Origin: a virus | Direction: 5' to 3' (one strand) | Length of the DNA: 64,000 nucleotides | IMG/VR virus record: IMGVR_UViG_3300013102_000005 | Coordinates: 1-64,000 of that record | In this document: piece by piece, positions 37,838 through 50,061 of the stretch | How the letters are laid out: the number at the start of each line of letters is the position of its first letter | Numbering within the stretch: the stretch's first letter is position 1 | The notes under the pieces: generated by a model | Seen by the model: only the letters and a program-made list of their open reading frames with translations | What the model was told of the DNA's origin: nothing | Database searches by the model: none | Position numbers and translations under genes: made by a program

Positions 37838-38404
37838 TCATAGTATCCGGGCCTCCCGCCGACGAGTCGGGCGATCGCCCAGGACGGCCGTCATGGCGTC
37901 CTCTGCGGCCCGGTACTCGCACCCCATGATCTCCACGCAGTAGGGAGCGGCAGCTGCGCTGACATGGAAGTAGAACCAGCCATCCACCCCGTCGAAGCAG
38001 TGGTAGCCGCGCCGTCGCTCATGACTCGCCAGGCTAACGCCCAGCTGACCCATCAGCCGCGACATGTCGGCGAGGAAATAGGGGCGCTCGGCCGCCCAGC
38101 AAGCCCGTAGGGCGGCGATCTCGTCCAGGCGGATGTCGCGTAGCTCTTCGGGCGTGTTCACCGCAGGCACGCAGCGGGGAATGTAGCCGCCCTGGCCGCG
38201 CAGCTCCCACAGATGCAGGTTCGGCTGGGCTTCGAAGTTCAGGCCCGAGAACGAGCGGCCGCCCAGGTCGTTAAAGAACACCGGCCGGCTGCCGGGGAAG
38301 TGATGGGCAAAGGCCTCGCCTTCGAGCTGCACGCGGCGGCAGTCGAGCAGGTACTGCTGGCGTGCATGTAGCACGTCAGGATTCTTGGTCTTGTAGTAGC
38401 TCAT
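37838..38404 (-). CDS. Hypothetical phage protein
   Basis: 188 aa ORF, AGGA RBS. Confidence 0.6.
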   Translation of the reverse strand: MSYYKTKNPDVLHARQQYLLDCRRVQLEGEAFAHHFPGSRPVFFNDLGGRSFSGLNFEAQPNLHLWELRGQGGYIPRCVPAVNTPEELRDIRLDEIAALRACWAAERPYFLADMSRLMGQLGVSLASHERRRGYHCFDGVDGWFYFHVSAAAAPYCVEIMGCEYRAAEDAMTAVLGDRPTRRREARIL

Positions 38405-38421
38405 GGCAACGCGGTTCCTGC

Positions 38422-38751
38422 TCAGGCGCTGAGGGTGGCGGCGGGGATGTCGAGGAAGTAGCTGTTCTCGCCCTGGCCGGCGCGCATCACCCCGATGACG
38501 GTGCTGTCCCGGTGCAGCAGGACGTTTCCAAGCCGATCAAAGCGGGGCGTGACGTTCTCGCGCAGCAGGGCGCGATCCCAGTCCTGGGCAGTGCAGGGAC
38601 GGATACGGGCCGCGCATTCCAGGGCCTCCTGGCGGGCAGCGGCGGCAGATACGCCGGCCATGCGCAGCAGGAAGTAGCGGGCGCCAACGCGGCGGTTGTA
38701 ACGGCGCGTCAGGTAGACGAGCGATCCAATGAGCGCTGAGGTGTGGGACAT
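38422..38751 (-). CDS. Hypothetical phage protein
   Basis: 109 aa ORF in operon. Confidence 0.5.
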   Translation of the reverse strand: MSHTSALIGSLVYLTRRYNRRVGARYFLLRMAGVSAAAARQEALECAARIRPCTAQDWDRALLRENVTPRFDRLGNVLLHRDSTVIGVMRAGQGENSYFLDIPAATLSA

Positions 38752-39542
38752 GGTGCATTTCCGTGTGGTGAGCCGGCGATCCTGCCGGCGGGTGTGGCGC
38801 GCAATCTGTCGTCGCGCTGCCTGGGTATCTCGATAGGGGCCGTCCTCGGCGCCTATCGACAGACCCAGTGCTCGCCTGGGCCTGCCCTGCTACATGCGTC
38901 GCCGCTGGCGACCCGCTGCGGGACGCATCCGCACCGTCCCCTGGGTGCCATGCCGGCCACTGAGCGTCCGCCACGCCATCGTGTAGCCCATGCCGGCCAG
39001 GCGCATGGACATGCGGCGAACCCTACGCAGATCGGCCTGCGGATCGAGATCACCGTAGGTCTTGAGCGTGAGGGTGCGCACGACGTCGCCCGAGTCGTAG
39101 CCGACGAACTCGAACACGACCGCATTGGCGGTTGGGAAGGGGGTGGATACCTCAGCAAGCGGGCGGGACTGCATGGCCTGAACTCCTGTATCGGCCCGGC
39201 AGGAGGCCGAGCAACGGACAGGGAAAGCCTACTGCAAGCCGCTAGCGAAATTCAAGCATATGCTACAATTATTTATATCGCATGATATGAATAATCAGAT
39301 GGACATTTGGCGCCTGATCCACTGGAATAGCAGTATCCAAAGCATGACAGGCCAGATGACGACACACAGCAGGCTTGTAGCAAATGCTGATTTTATTGCG
39401 GACGCTCTCCCGCGTTCCTCCACCAGCTGGAGAAAGTCGGGATCGGCAAGGAGGTCGTGGCGATCGAGCCACAGGTACAGCGCCCAGAGCAGGGCGCCGA
39501 CCAGGTAGAGCATGAACCAATTCAAAGGCGCTATTCCGGTGG

Positions 39543-40259
39543 TCAGACCGTAGCAGCTTCGCTGGCCGTCGATGGCGAAGCAAGCGAACTGCGTGCAGTT
39601 GCTATCAGCACGGGAAGAGCATTGACCGCAGCGATGGCCAGCGCGGCGTCGCGCTTGTAGCTAAAGCTGGCCCAGGCCTTCTCGTGGATGCTGAAAGCGG
39701 CTAGCAGATCGCCCACGGTGGGACTCGAACAGATGGCCCCCATGGAGAGCCGGGTAGGCGCCCAGTCGCCTGGCCGATGTTCAGCCTCGGCGATGGCCAC
39801 GTCCAGTTGATCCAGCAGAGAGGGCAGCTGGCCAGCCTCCAGAGCTTGTCGCACGCGCTCGCGTGAGCAGTCCAGAAACGAGCGCCAGCGGCGGCCCTCT
39901 TGCGCCAGCTCGGTCAGCTCAGCCAGATCCTGCTGGCCAGCCTCAATCGCCGCGCGGCATGGCTCGACGCTGGGCGCCGGCATAGCCTGGGGCTCAGGGG
40001 TCGCCAAGCCGTCCTCGATCAGCATTTCCAGGCGGCGCATCAGGGTGTCGCGCGCCTCGCGCAGGTCCTTGGCTCTGTCCTTGCCGCCGCCCCGCTGACC
40101 TGGCAAGAGCAGCTTCTTGATGGCGTGCTGAGTGGCGCCGCTGTAGTCCTCCACCTGGAAGAGCTCGCACACCCGATAGACATCCAGCTCGGTCAGCTGG
40201 CTGACGTCCTTGAAGTAGTGAAAATGCCGGCGTGCGCGGGCAACGATGCCCGCCCTCAT
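39543..40259 (-). CDS. DUF3310-like (T7 gp1.7-related) N-terminal domain protein
   Basis: LDVYRVCELF...QHAIKKLLLPGQRG..KD...DLREA. Confidence 0.55.
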   Translation of the reverse strand: MRAGIVARARRHFHYFKDVSQLTELDVYRVCELFQVEDYSGATQHAIKKLLLPGQRGGGKDRAKDLREARDTLMRRLEMLIEDGLATPEPQAMPAPSVEPCRAAIEAGQQDLAELTELAQEGRRWRSFLDCSRERVRQALEAGQLPSLLDQLDVAIAEAEHRPGDWAPTRLSMGAICSSPTVGDLLAAFSIHEKAWASFSYKRDAALAIAAVNALPVLIATARSSLASPSTASEAATV

Positions 40260-41002
40260 GCCTGGGCCTCACGCCAGCCGGCGAGCACCGTCCCAACGAT
40301 ACGCACCACCTCGTCCTGGGTAGCGGGGGCCGGCAGCGGAGAGCCGTATGCTTCACCGCGCGGATGGTAGGCGAACCCCTGGCCAGTCATAGGCAAGCCG
40401 AGCTGGAGGATCTCCACGGCGAAGCCCTGGGCCTCGATGCGGTGTGGCAGGTGGGCGTCCAGGGTGTAGCGCTCGCCCATGCGGTGAATACTCGCGCGCT
40501 GCTTGCGCAACTGCACCTGGCGCGCAAAACCACTGGCCAGGCGCAGGCTATTGACCGGCTGGCGCAGCAGGACGCCGTCGCTGTTCTGCCCGACCTCCTG
40601 GAACGAGGTGCACAGCAGGCCGCCGGCCAGGACGAGGGACTCATAGCCGCGCGCCTGGCTGCCGAGGTCACTGACGTCGGCGCAGCGATCGATAGCGCTC
40701 CAGATCCGCAGCTCGACCAGGCTGGACAGCCGGCAGGACAGCAGACCGGCCCGATCAATCACCCAGGGCAAGGCCAAGGTGCCGGCCAGGGACTTCTCCA
40801 GCAGCTGGCGCACCTCCAGCCGAGTGGCGGCGATGGTGAGGGTATCGCCGATCCGTGCGTCCACACGGCCGCGCTTGGCGGCCTTCTTTTCGGCCTTGGT
40901 TGGCCGGGCACCCTGGCGCAGGCGAACCGGCTGCGGGCGGCGGGGCGCGGTGTCAGGATTGGCGGCGACGACAAGGCTTTCGCCGGCAGTGATTTCGTTC
41001 AT
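40256..41002 (-). CDS. Hypothetical protein
   Basis: 248 aa, overlapping start/stop with neighbour. Confidence 0.55.
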   Translation of the reverse strand: MNEITAGESLVVAANPDTAPRRPQPVRLRQGARPTKAEKKAAKRGRVDARIGDTLTIAATRLEVRQLLEKSLAGTLALPWVIDRAGLLSCRLSSLVELRIWSAIDRCADVSDLGSQARGYESLVLAGGLLCTSFQEVGQNSDGVLLRQPVNSLRLASGFARQVQLRKQRASIHRMGERYTLDAHLPHRIEAQGFAVEILQLGLPMTGQGFAYHPRGEAYGSPLPAPATQDEVVRIVGTVLAGWREAQA

Positions 41003-41028
41003 GGCTGTGCTCGTGCAGAGGGAAGGGG

Positions 41029-41852
41029 TCAGCTCGCCAGGCGCGAGCCTTTGGGGGCCGGAGTGCCTAGAACGGCCTCCATGCGTCCGAGGGCGCCGCG
41101 CACCAGGCGTCGGCCACGCTCCTCGGCTTCCAGGCGCTGCTGGGCGCAGACCTGGGCGAAGGTGTCCGGGCGAATCGGCAGGGGCTCAGGCTGTACGACC
41201 CTGGCCTCCAGCTCATCCGCATAGCGCTCATAGCTGCGAGCACGGTCCCGCTCCCACTGGGCGGCCTGGCCGTCGGCATACAAGGCATCCCTGCGGATCT
41301 CGGCGGCAAGCTTGCGGTAGTGCTCAGGCGTCTGGGGCACGTGGAGTCTCCTCGATAACGCCAGCAGCTTGCGCCATGGCCAGGCCCGCCTCGGCGATGA
41401 CATTCCGGCGCGCGACGCTATCGAGCTGGTCGGCCAGATCGAGCAAGGCCAGCAGCTCGGCACGCGGCCACACCACGGTGGCATAGGCGCCGCCGGCGGA
41501 GAGCAGCTGCTGGCGCAGCAGATCCCGCTGATCCTTATCCATGAGCTGGCACCTCACGCCCGCTGATCGCTGTCTCCAGCCTGGCCACGAGGCCGGCCTC
41601 GGAATGCTGGGCAGGGTTGGCGCTGACCGACACCTGCCAGCTGAGGACGCCGTAGCACTCCACTAGAAGATTGAGCAGCAGGGTGTCACGGGCGGCCGCC
41701 TGCTGGATGGCCTGGGCGGTCGTGGCCATGACCATCTGATTGACGATGCGGATGGCCTCGAACTGTGAGGGCGCAGGCTCGCCCAGGAACTGGTCGGCGG
41801 CCTGCTTGAGGTTGCGCATGGTGGGGCTGGAGAGCGGGTAGGCGGTGGGCAT
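41029..41852 (-). CDS. Three coupled small hypothetical ORFs (41535-41852, 41324-41542, 41029-41340)
   Basis: Overlapping ORFs downstream of operator TATCA-CA-TGCTA (41938-41949). Confidence 0.5.
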
Positions 41853-42213
41853 GTCGGCTCCGTTCAGAAACAGCGAGGGCGCCGAACCGAAGTGCGGCGC
41901 CCTCATTCTTGGGCGGAGCCACTATGCCTCTTTTTTCTATCACATGCTACATTTTTTGGGAGGGTATCGGCGCTATCGCACCGTATCGCCGGAGCAGTTG
42001 CTCAGCTCGCTGGCGTCGCTCTCGCTCCGCAGCAAGATCCGCTACGGCCTTGCGGTACAGGCCGCCAAAGCAGGCCAGGAACAGCGCAGAGCCGGCAAGC
42101 ATGCCGAGCGCCAGGACGAGGATTGGTGACATCGTGCAACCCTTGGAGGTAGTTTCGGGTATGTATCATCTGATACAAGTGTTCGGCATTGCAGGCGCAG
42201 CTCTGGCCAGCGA

Positions 42214-42435
42214 CTACAGATCCGGCTTGATCAGGTCGAATCGCGTGCAGAAGCTCAGGAAGAGGCGTCCGTTCATTTCGTGCTTGCCCTCCTCGTAGTA
42301 GCCCCACATGCGTGCCGTCACGCCGATGCAGGCGGCGGCCGCAGTTGGCGAGACGTCGGCCAGCTTGCGGGCCAGCGCCACCTGTTCCTTGGTGGGGCTG
42401 GGGAAGGTCTTAACGTTCAATCGGCGAGCGGCCAT
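42214..42435 (-). CDS. Small XRE/Cro HTH protein (Aca-like)
   Basis: PTKEQVALARKLADVSPTAAAACIGVTARMWGYYEEGKHEM; near the end of the 47.2 kb operon. Confidence 0.7.
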   Translation of the reverse strand: MAARRLNVKTFPSPTKEQVALARKLADVSPTAAAACIGVTARMWGYYEEGKHEMNGRLFLSFCTRFDLIKPDL

Positions 42436-42438
42436 GGG

Positions 42439-42867
42439 TCACTCCAGGAAACGAATGTGTCGAGCGCATGGCGTCTCGATCCGGCCATCCGGGAACTCGA
42501 CGACACCGCAGGTCACGTGCAGGGCGCCGACTTCCAGTTCCTCGCTTTCGACGGTGAACTGATGGAATCGAGCCTCCCCGATCTCGACCGGCTTGCGCTC
42601 ATCCTTGTCCCAGGCGCTGACCATTACGCGGCGAAGGTGCGCGGTGCGCTGCTGCCGCACCTTGGCCATGGCCTCGTCAGCATCCATCACAAGAGCGCCG
42701 ATCGGGACGACGGTGGCTGTAGCGCCTCCCAGCACGGGCTTGCCGCGCATCTTGGCGCCGCAGGCCTTGGAGCAGCACTTGCCGCCGCCGCGCGCGACCT
42801 CAGCGGGGCGGGCATAGAAGGTCTGACCGCAGTCAGGATTTTCACAGGTTCTGTTGTGGGTCGTCAT
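42439..42867 (-). CDS. Zinc-finger phage protein
   Basis: CENPDC...CCSKAC; C-terminal FHQF...VVEFPDGRIE module. Confidence 0.6.
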   Translation of the reverse strand: MTTHNRTCENPDCGQTFYARPAEVARGGGKCCSKACGAKMRGKPVLGGATATVVPIGALVMDADEAMAKVRQQRTAHLRRVMVSAWDKDERKPVEIGEARFHQFTVESEELEVGALHVTCGVVEFPDGRIETPCARHIRFLE

Positions 42868-42916
42868 ACACCCTCCGGGTGATGGTTTCTCAGGGCGTGC
42901 AGCGGATTGCATTGGC

Positions 42917-43675
42917 TCACTGGTGCGACCCCCCAATAGCCAGAGGCTGCTCGCCACGATTGGCCACTCCATGATGGAGCTGCACCTGGCTACCTATCAC
43001 TGCGCCATTGTGCAGGTCCTCGCTGTAGTGCTTGCCAGTACGAGGCTGAATCTGGGTGATCTCCATGTGCTTGGCGATGTACTCACGGATCAGCGCCTGC
43101 TCCTGGGTCTCGGTGGCCACCAGGGCGGTGGAATCGCTCGTCTCGATCTCCGGCGCAATCGCTTTCAGCTTGCTGGCCACCTGCGCAATCCAGCCCAACA
43201 GGAAGTGGTCGCCGCGCGTCTCCGGCGTCAACCCGCGCTGCCGGCCCCGAGACTTGCGCAGCCACGACACGTATTCGCGACGGGCGTGCACCGCTTTGGT
43301 ATGCAGCGCCTCATAGGCGTAGGCAGCAACCTCCTGCGCGGGCGCTACGCCGATGAACAGCGAAACCTCGTACCACAGCCGGGTCTCCTCGTTCTTTACC
43401 GCATCGACCACACAGCGGCAGTTCATAGCCTCGGCAACGATGATGGCCAGCGACCACTCCCAACGCTTTAGGCGGACCTTCATCACGTGGCCGCGCTGGG
43501 TCTTCACCTCCGCCAGCGCCACATCTTTCTCGGTCAACCGGTGCTTCTGCATGAGCGCCTGGGCTTGGCGCATGGCGGCCGCCGCCTCGTGCTCGTTGCT
43601 GCTCGCTGATAGGGCCAGGCAATGCTTGATCTTGCGGATGATCCGATCCTGGTCCTTTTCCCGCTCTGTGCTCAT
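42917..43675 (-). CDS. DUF2786 domain protein
   Basis: IIRKIKHCLALSASSNEHEAAAAMRQAQALMQKH. Confidence 0.85.
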   Translation of the reverse strand: MSTEREKDQDRIIRKIKHCLALSASSNEHEAAAAMRQAQALMQKHRLTEKDVALAEVKTQRGHVMKVRLKRWEWSLAIIVAEAMNCRCVVDAVKNEETRLWYEVSLFIGVAPAQEVAAYAYEALHTKAVHARREYVSWLRKSRGRQRGLTPETRGDHFLLGWIAQVASKLKAIAPEIETSDSTALVATETQEQALIREYIAKHMEITQIQPRTGKHYSEDLHNGAVIGSQVQLHHGVANRGEQPLAIGGSHQ

Positions 43676-43684
43676 GGTGACGTC

Positions 43685-44116
43685 CTAGATCTCGCTGTCG
43701 TATAGGCCGGTCTCGAAAAAGCCGAGCCTGCCTTTGATGGGGGTGAACGGTAGTGGGCGTGCGTCTCTCAGCACCAGCCCGATGTCGCCCATGTACCAGG
43801 GCGATTCGCTGTCGTCGATGCAGTCAACCAGCTCGACGGAACCGATGATGCCGCCACGCAGCAGCGCCTCACGGGAAGGCAGCACAATGGCACCGATGCG
43901 CTGATGGACCCAGGCCGACCACAGGTCGTACTCCATGCGGGTCATGCCGGCGGCGGCGTGCACCAGGAAGCGCCCCCGAAAGCGTGTCTTCCACGTGCGG
44001 TTCTCGATGTCCTTGATCAGGCCGGCTGCGGCTGCCTCGGCGCGCTGCTCTGCCGTGGCCAGGTCTGGGCGAACGATCAACCAGGCCCAGGGCTGGCGGA
44101 TGGATAGAGCTTTCAT
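43685..44116 (-). CDS. ASCH domain protein
   Basis: MKALSIRQPWAWLI...KDIENRTW..RGRFLVHA. Confidence 0.9.
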   Translation of the reverse strand: MKALSIRQPWAWLIVRPDLATAEQRAEAAAAGLIKDIENRTWKTRFRGRFLVHAAAGMTRMEYDLWSAWVHQRIGAIVLPSREALLRGGIIGSVELVDCIDDSESPWYMGDIGLVLRDARPLPFTPIKGRLGFFETGLYDSEI

Positions 44117-44373
44117 GCGTATCTCCGGTAGAGCTGGCGCAGCTGGCCGAACAAGAGGGCAGGCCAGAAAACCAGGGAAAACAGGATCGTGGCGATCAGC
44201 AGCAGCGCCATCAGCCCTCGCACCGCCCACAGCGGATGCTCCCGCCGCAGGCGAGCGTTCGCCTCGGCGATGGAGCGATCACGCGGCGCCGGCGCCAGGA
44301 CCTCCCAGTAGACGTAGCGGGCGAACAGCAGGCCCCATGCCAGGCCCAGGGCGAGGTAGAGGCCCCAGGTCAT
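44113..44373 (-). CDS. Small 2-TM membrane protein
   Basis: Two hydrophobic segments; coupled ORF. Confidence 0.55.
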   Translation of the reverse strand: MTWGLYLALGLAWGLLFARYVYWEVLAPAPRDRSIAEANARLRREHPLWAVRGLMALLLIATILFSLVFWPALLFGQLRQLYRRYA

Positions 44374-45098
44374 GCCGGCGCTTCCGGCGAGAAGTCTCGA
44401 GAACGGTTGAGCTCCTCCACGGGCACCCAGCCGATCACGTGGCCGGTACTGAGCAGGTCGCAGACGAAACCGGGGCTCATGTAGTGAGAGATCTCAAGCC
44501 AACGACCTGAGCGGTGGCCTGGGTGCAGACCATTACCCACGCGCCCTGCATCGCGCAGCACGACCACCATCTGGTCACGCTCGGGGAGATCCTGCGGCGA
44601 GCGCCAGTAGCTGGCCAGCCGCTCCTTGGCCTGGAGCGCGTCCAGCTCGGCCTGTAGCTCCTGCGCCTTGCTCTTCCAGGCCTGAGCCTGCTGGTGCTCG
44701 TTCTCGGCCACTGTCCGCCAATGCTCATCAGGATCCCGTGGAGAGCGAATGACCTCAATTGCGATCTCAGGCCATTCCTTGCCCTGTTCCTGGCCGATGC
44801 GGGCCAGGACGTCCAATGTCTCGCGACGATCGCGCTCGGCACCCTCCTTGCTGATTGAGGGATGAAATTCATTGGGACCGACGCTCCAGGTCCCCCACAG
44901 CTCCGGCTGCTCCTGATCGATCGCGGCGCGCAGCTCGTTCACCCAGAGGCGATCATCCAGCACCTCGGGGCGCCCATCGTCCAGCAGCTTGAGCAGCTCC
45001 TTGGCGCCGGCCAAGGTGATGGTGACGACAGGGTCGGCCGGATCGGGGGCCCGGCCCATGGCTTCGAGCATTTGCAGCACCTGGCTATTTGGCTGCAT
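44370..45098 (-). CDS. Hypothetical phage protein
   Basis: 242 aa coupled ORF. Confidence 0.55.
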   Translation of the reverse strand: MQPNSQVLQMLEAMGRAPDPADPVVTITLAGAKELLKLLDDGRPEVLDDRLWVNELRAAIDQEQPELWGTWSVGPNEFHPSISKEGAERDRRETLDVLARIGQEQGKEWPEIAIEVIRSPRDPDEHWRTVAENEHQQAQAWKSKAQELQAELDALQAKERLASYWRSPQDLPERDQMVVVLRDAGRVGNGLHPGHRSGRWLEISHYMSPGFVCDLLSTGHVIGWVPVEELNRSRDFSPEAPA

Positions 45099-45101
45099 GG
45101 C

Positions 45102-46337
<1,236 letters not shown>

Positions 46338-46376
46338 GGTGGTGACTCCGTGCTTTCTGGTTATGGGTGCCGCGCC

Positions 46377-46928
46377 TTACAGCGCGCGGCCCATGGGAAT
46401 GGCGGCCGGCGCCGGCTTGGGCGGCGTCTCGCGCAGGTAGACGTGGCGGTAGCGCTCGCTCACCGGCTTGAGCCCCTGGATGTCAGCAGGCGCGGCCTCG
46501 TGGCAATAGCGGAAGTAGGAGAGCAGGGGGCAATAGGTCTCCTGCACCTCATTCAACTGGTTGCAGTCCTCCTGCCAGGCCTTCGCTTTGGCCACCTCCT
46601 CAGTGGAGCAGATGGTCAGCAAGGGCGTAGCCACCTGCACTGGAGAGGCGCTGCTGGCGTCGCTGGCGCTGGAGTGAGTGGCGGCCAGCCCCAGGGCGCC
46701 AGCGGCGACATACAGCGGCACCAAGCTGGCGGCGCTGGAGCTGCTCGACGTGGTAGGGCTGCGACGCATGACGGGGGCAGCAGTAGAGACACGCGGCGCA
46801 CTCGCCGAGGGGCGCGCTACGGGTGCGGCCGGACGGACCGATATGACCGGCGCGCGGGCTACGACTGCCGCCTGGGCGGAGCCGGCCAGCAGCAGGGCCA
46901 GGGCGGCCAAGGTGGGGGCGTACTTCAT
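46377..46928 (-). CDS. Secreted protein with signal peptide and Cys-rich C-terminal domain
   Basis: MKYAPTLAALALLLAGSAQA signal; four Cys in C-terminal part. Confidence 0.6.
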   Translation of the reverse strand: MKYAPTLAALALLLAGSAQAAVVARAPVISVRPAAPVARPSASAPRVSTAAPVMRRSPTTSSSSSAASLVPLYVAAGALGLAATHSSASDASSASPVQVATPLLTICSTEEVAKAKAWQEDCNQLNEVQETYCPLLSYFRYCHEAAPADIQGLKPVSERYRHVYLRETPPKPAPAAIPMGRAL

Positions 46929-47017
46929 GAGGGGAGACCTCTCGCTATGGCTTCTCGGGGGAAGGCGCACAGCAGGACGCCCTCTCGCGAAGAGCCCGGC
47001 AGACCGGGCCCAGCGCA

Positions 47018-47161
47018 TTACTCGTCGTCGTCCTGGAGGCTTTCGAGCAGGGTGTCCACGTCGTCACGCAGCTCTTCGAGGCCCTCACGGGTTTCGGAGC
47101 GGCTGCGGGAGGTGTCGCCGAAAAAGTCTTGGATGCTTTGCTTGACGGAGTCGAGGGTCAT
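47018..47161 (-). CDS. 47-aa highly acidic protein, first gene of early operon
   Basis: Manual translation MTLDSVKQSIQDFFGDTSRSRSETREGLEELRDDVDTLLESLQDDDE*; AGGTGG RBS. Confidence 0.7.
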   Translation of the reverse strand: MTLDSVKQSIQDFFGDTSRSRSETREGLEELRDDVDTLLESLQDDDE

Positions 47162-47212
47162 GGTCCACCTGGTGGGAAGTTGCTTCGCGGTTGCGAACTA
47201 GCATGTTCGCCG

Positions 47213-47258
47213 GAAGTATTTTCGCATCAGGTGATACCAATCTCAATAGCAGATGCTA
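47213..47258 (-). promoter_or_regulatory. Early promoter: operator TAGCA-GA-TGCTA over extended -10, plus conserved 25-nt leader
   Basis: Operator 47247-47258; leader 47213-47237 identical to 56037-56061. Confidence 0.8.
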
Positions 47259-47300
47259 CAAAATATAGCGGATGAAGCGGAGCGCGCGAGGTCGCTTGGG

Positions 47301-47690
47301 CTATTTGTTAAGCCGCGCGATCATGGTGTCTGCCCAATACAGTGGCCACTGTAGAGCGCGCTCCACAGCCTCGTTCTTAGCGTTCTGCTCTTTCTGGTCC
47401 GCAGCCACGTGATACTGCTCTAGATAGCTGAATAGCACCTCAATATCATCGATATCCCAGGTCTGGGTGTGTGCTTTCGCTTCATCGGGGGACCAGTCTT
47501 GGTCCAAAGCCAGGTTGGCCATCTCTGCGATGGAGGAGCCGCGTGGCAGCTTCTCGGGCCACTTCACTTCAGGCATCACAGGCTCGAACGAGTTCGGCGC
47601 TGCGGGTGCATGTGCTACAAAATATTCACGCAGTGACAGCTGGCCAGGGATCACCTCGGGGACAGCTGTTTGGGATGGGTTACTGCTCAT
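47301..47690 (-). CDS. Hypothetical phage protein
   Basis: LSLREYFVAHAP...WADTMIARL family-like pattern. Confidence 0.55.
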   Translation of the reverse strand: MSSNPSQTAVPEVIPGQLSLREYFVAHAPAAPNSFEPVMPEVKWPEKLPRGSSIAEMANLALDQDWSPDEAKAHTQTWDIDDIEVLFSYLEQYHVAADQKEQNAKNEAVERALQWPLYWADTMIARLNK

Positions 47691-47783
47691 GTGTACTACT
47701 CCAACGGTTGCGGGGCATGCCCCAGTGATCACTCGGACAGTATCCCCAAATCACGCGCAGCCTGCTGCACCTCGGCGGAGGCA

Positions 47784-49853
47784 TCAGCCATGGGCCACCT
47801 CCTGGCCTTTGCCAGGCTGGGTGAGGATGCGCCGGCCAGTCTGGAGGTGCTGCACCTCACCGCCGAACATGCGCGAGTAGTCACGCGCGGTCGGCCAGTA
47901 CATGCGGCCGGAGGCGTGGCCTTCGGGGTAGACGACGCGATAGCGGCCCAGGTCGGCCTCGCGCAGGCGGGTATCGCAGTGGAAGCGATCCAGGTAGACG
48001 ATCAGCGCCAGCAGCGCGGCTTGGATACGGTCGATCATGGTGATGTCCTTGCGTTCTCGTTATGGGGTGACAGCGCGGCCGGCCGGCGCCGGCGGGTTGC
48101 AGCGGAAGCAGGCGCATCCTGCTGCCTTCAAGCCAGTGGTGCGGCAGTAGATCGGGGCGCTCATGCCTGCCTCCGGCGCTTGGCGCCTCGGTATTCGGGA
48201 CAGGGGGTTGTCGCAGGCGCAGCGATCGCCGCTGCAATCAGCGCCTGCCAGGTCGGACGATCATTCGCGAGGCACACGCCCTGCTCCCTGGTGTCGTACC
48301 CGACGACGCGCGCAAGGGCTCTCGCCGTGGCCAGGGGCACCGCCAGGTTGGAACAGCCATCGTTGTAGTAGCCCAGGTGCTGCATGACCTGCTCGCGCTG
48401 GTAGATGCCAGCCCCGGACAGGCGCCAGCAGTAGCCTTTATCGTCGGCCTGCCAGAGGGTGACGGCTCGATGCCGGCGCTGGGTGTGATTGAGGCTCAGC
48501 ACAACGAAGTCGTCCGGGCCCGCCTGCTCCTTCAGGGCGACCTTCTCCCGATCGATACGCGCGCCGGACGCCTGGTTTTCTACCACCCGGTGGCAGCCCA
48601 GCAGGTGTACCTGTTCGGTGGTGAGGGTGAGGGACTCGCCTCGGGCAGCGGCCGTCACCAGCAGCTCCCAGGGCGAAGGAGTGTTCATGGACTGGGTAGT
48701 CATCAGCAGCTCTCATCACAGGGACGCGACCCGCAGGTTTTGCAGGCAACAGGCGAGTGGTTGCAGCCCGACTGCGCCGTACCATCCACCGTGCGCTCGC
48801 CGCACGAAGGGCATTCGCCTACGAAGCCCTCGCTGTCGTCCAGGCGCCATCCATCGCAGCAGCCCATCATTGCGCCCCTTCCGGCTGGCGGAACATCGCC
48901 AGCGCGCCCGCCTGGGCCCGGACGGTGGCCAGCGCCTCGGGCTCATAGCCCCAGATGTTCGATCCGTTCTCGCGCTCGTGGCCCAGGTAGCCGGGATGCA
49001 GCGGCTGGCCGGTGCGGATGTAGTCGCGGAACAGCTCCACCAGGTTGCGCAGCGTGCCGCCGTGGGAGAATCCGTTCCAGTCGTTACCGAACGAGGCCTC
49101 GTGGGTGTAGACGCGGCGCCGGGTGTAGTCGTCCACGAACCAGACCCGTCCGCGCGCGTCCACCTCCATGCCGGCGTAGGTGTCCTGGGACTTGCAGTAG
49201 AAGAACCGGCGCCCGTGGGCGGCGATGATGCGGATCGCCTGATTGACCAGCTCGCAGCGTTGCTGCTTGGCGGCCAGCTTAGACATCGCAGCTTTCCTGG
49301 CCCTGCTCGCGCATCACCCGGAAGGCGTCGCGGATGTCCTGGCAATGCAGCTCGCCCGACACTTCAACGTGCCGCAGCGCGGTAGCCACAAAGGTGCGCA
49401 CCTGCTCGTCGCTCCAATGCTCGGGTGCGTCCTGACGTTCGGCCGCTTTCTTCCAGTCGGTATAGCGGACCCACGCGCCCATTTCGTTCGGCACCATGAG
49501 GGCGCTCTCGAAATGCTCGGAGCTGATCGACAGCAGGAAGCACTCAGGCTGGGCCAGAGGGATAGCCGCTCCAGCAGCGGGCGTGACAGCAGTTTCGGTC
49601 TGGGCGCTCATGCCGTGGCCTCTTCGTCTACCGGGGTGCAATGGCTCAGCATGACGCAGCCGGACTTGTTCTCCAGCCAGACCACCGCAGAGTGTCCGCT
49701 CAGCACCTGGGCCTCGCTGCGGGTCTTGGTGCGCAGGGTGGTTTCGCTACGGCCGCGCACTTCCTGGTAGTCCACCACAGTGCCGATCGCATGCTCAGCG
49801 TTCCAGGCGGCGCATTCCGCCTCCAGCTGCTTGAGTGTTTTGGGTCGTGCCAT
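47784..49853 (-). CDS. Operon of small hypothetical ORFs (49608-49853, 49279-49611, 48867-49286, 48161-48703, 47784-48038)
   Basis: Coupled ORFs with RBSs downstream of the 49.94 kb promoter. Confidence 0.55.
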
Positions 49854-49907
49854 TTCGCCTACTCCGAAAGGAAGCAACTTCACAGCTACCAACTAGCTGG
49901 AATGTGC

Positions 49908-49953
49908 GAAGCATCTTCCCATCGGGTGAGGCTCATTTCAATAGCAGATGCTA
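49908..49953 (-). promoter_or_regulatory. Early promoter: operator TAGCA-GA-TGCTA plus variant leader
   Basis: Operator 49942-49953; leader variant GAAGCATCTTCCCATCGGGTGA at the same spacing. Confidence 0.75.
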
Positions 49954-49965
49954 CAATTTGTGGGC

Positions 49966-49989
49966 AAGAAAAAGCCCAGCGGACTGGGC
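49966..49989 (-). terminator. Intrinsic terminator after SNF2 gene
   Basis: GCCCAG-TCCG-CTGGGC-TTTTTCTT. Confidence 0.75.
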
Positions 49990-50061
49990 AAGGTGGGGGC
50001 TAAAGCAGCGACTTAATAGGTGTAGACCCGTTCTGTCGCTTTTTCCACGCTACATCAGGTG

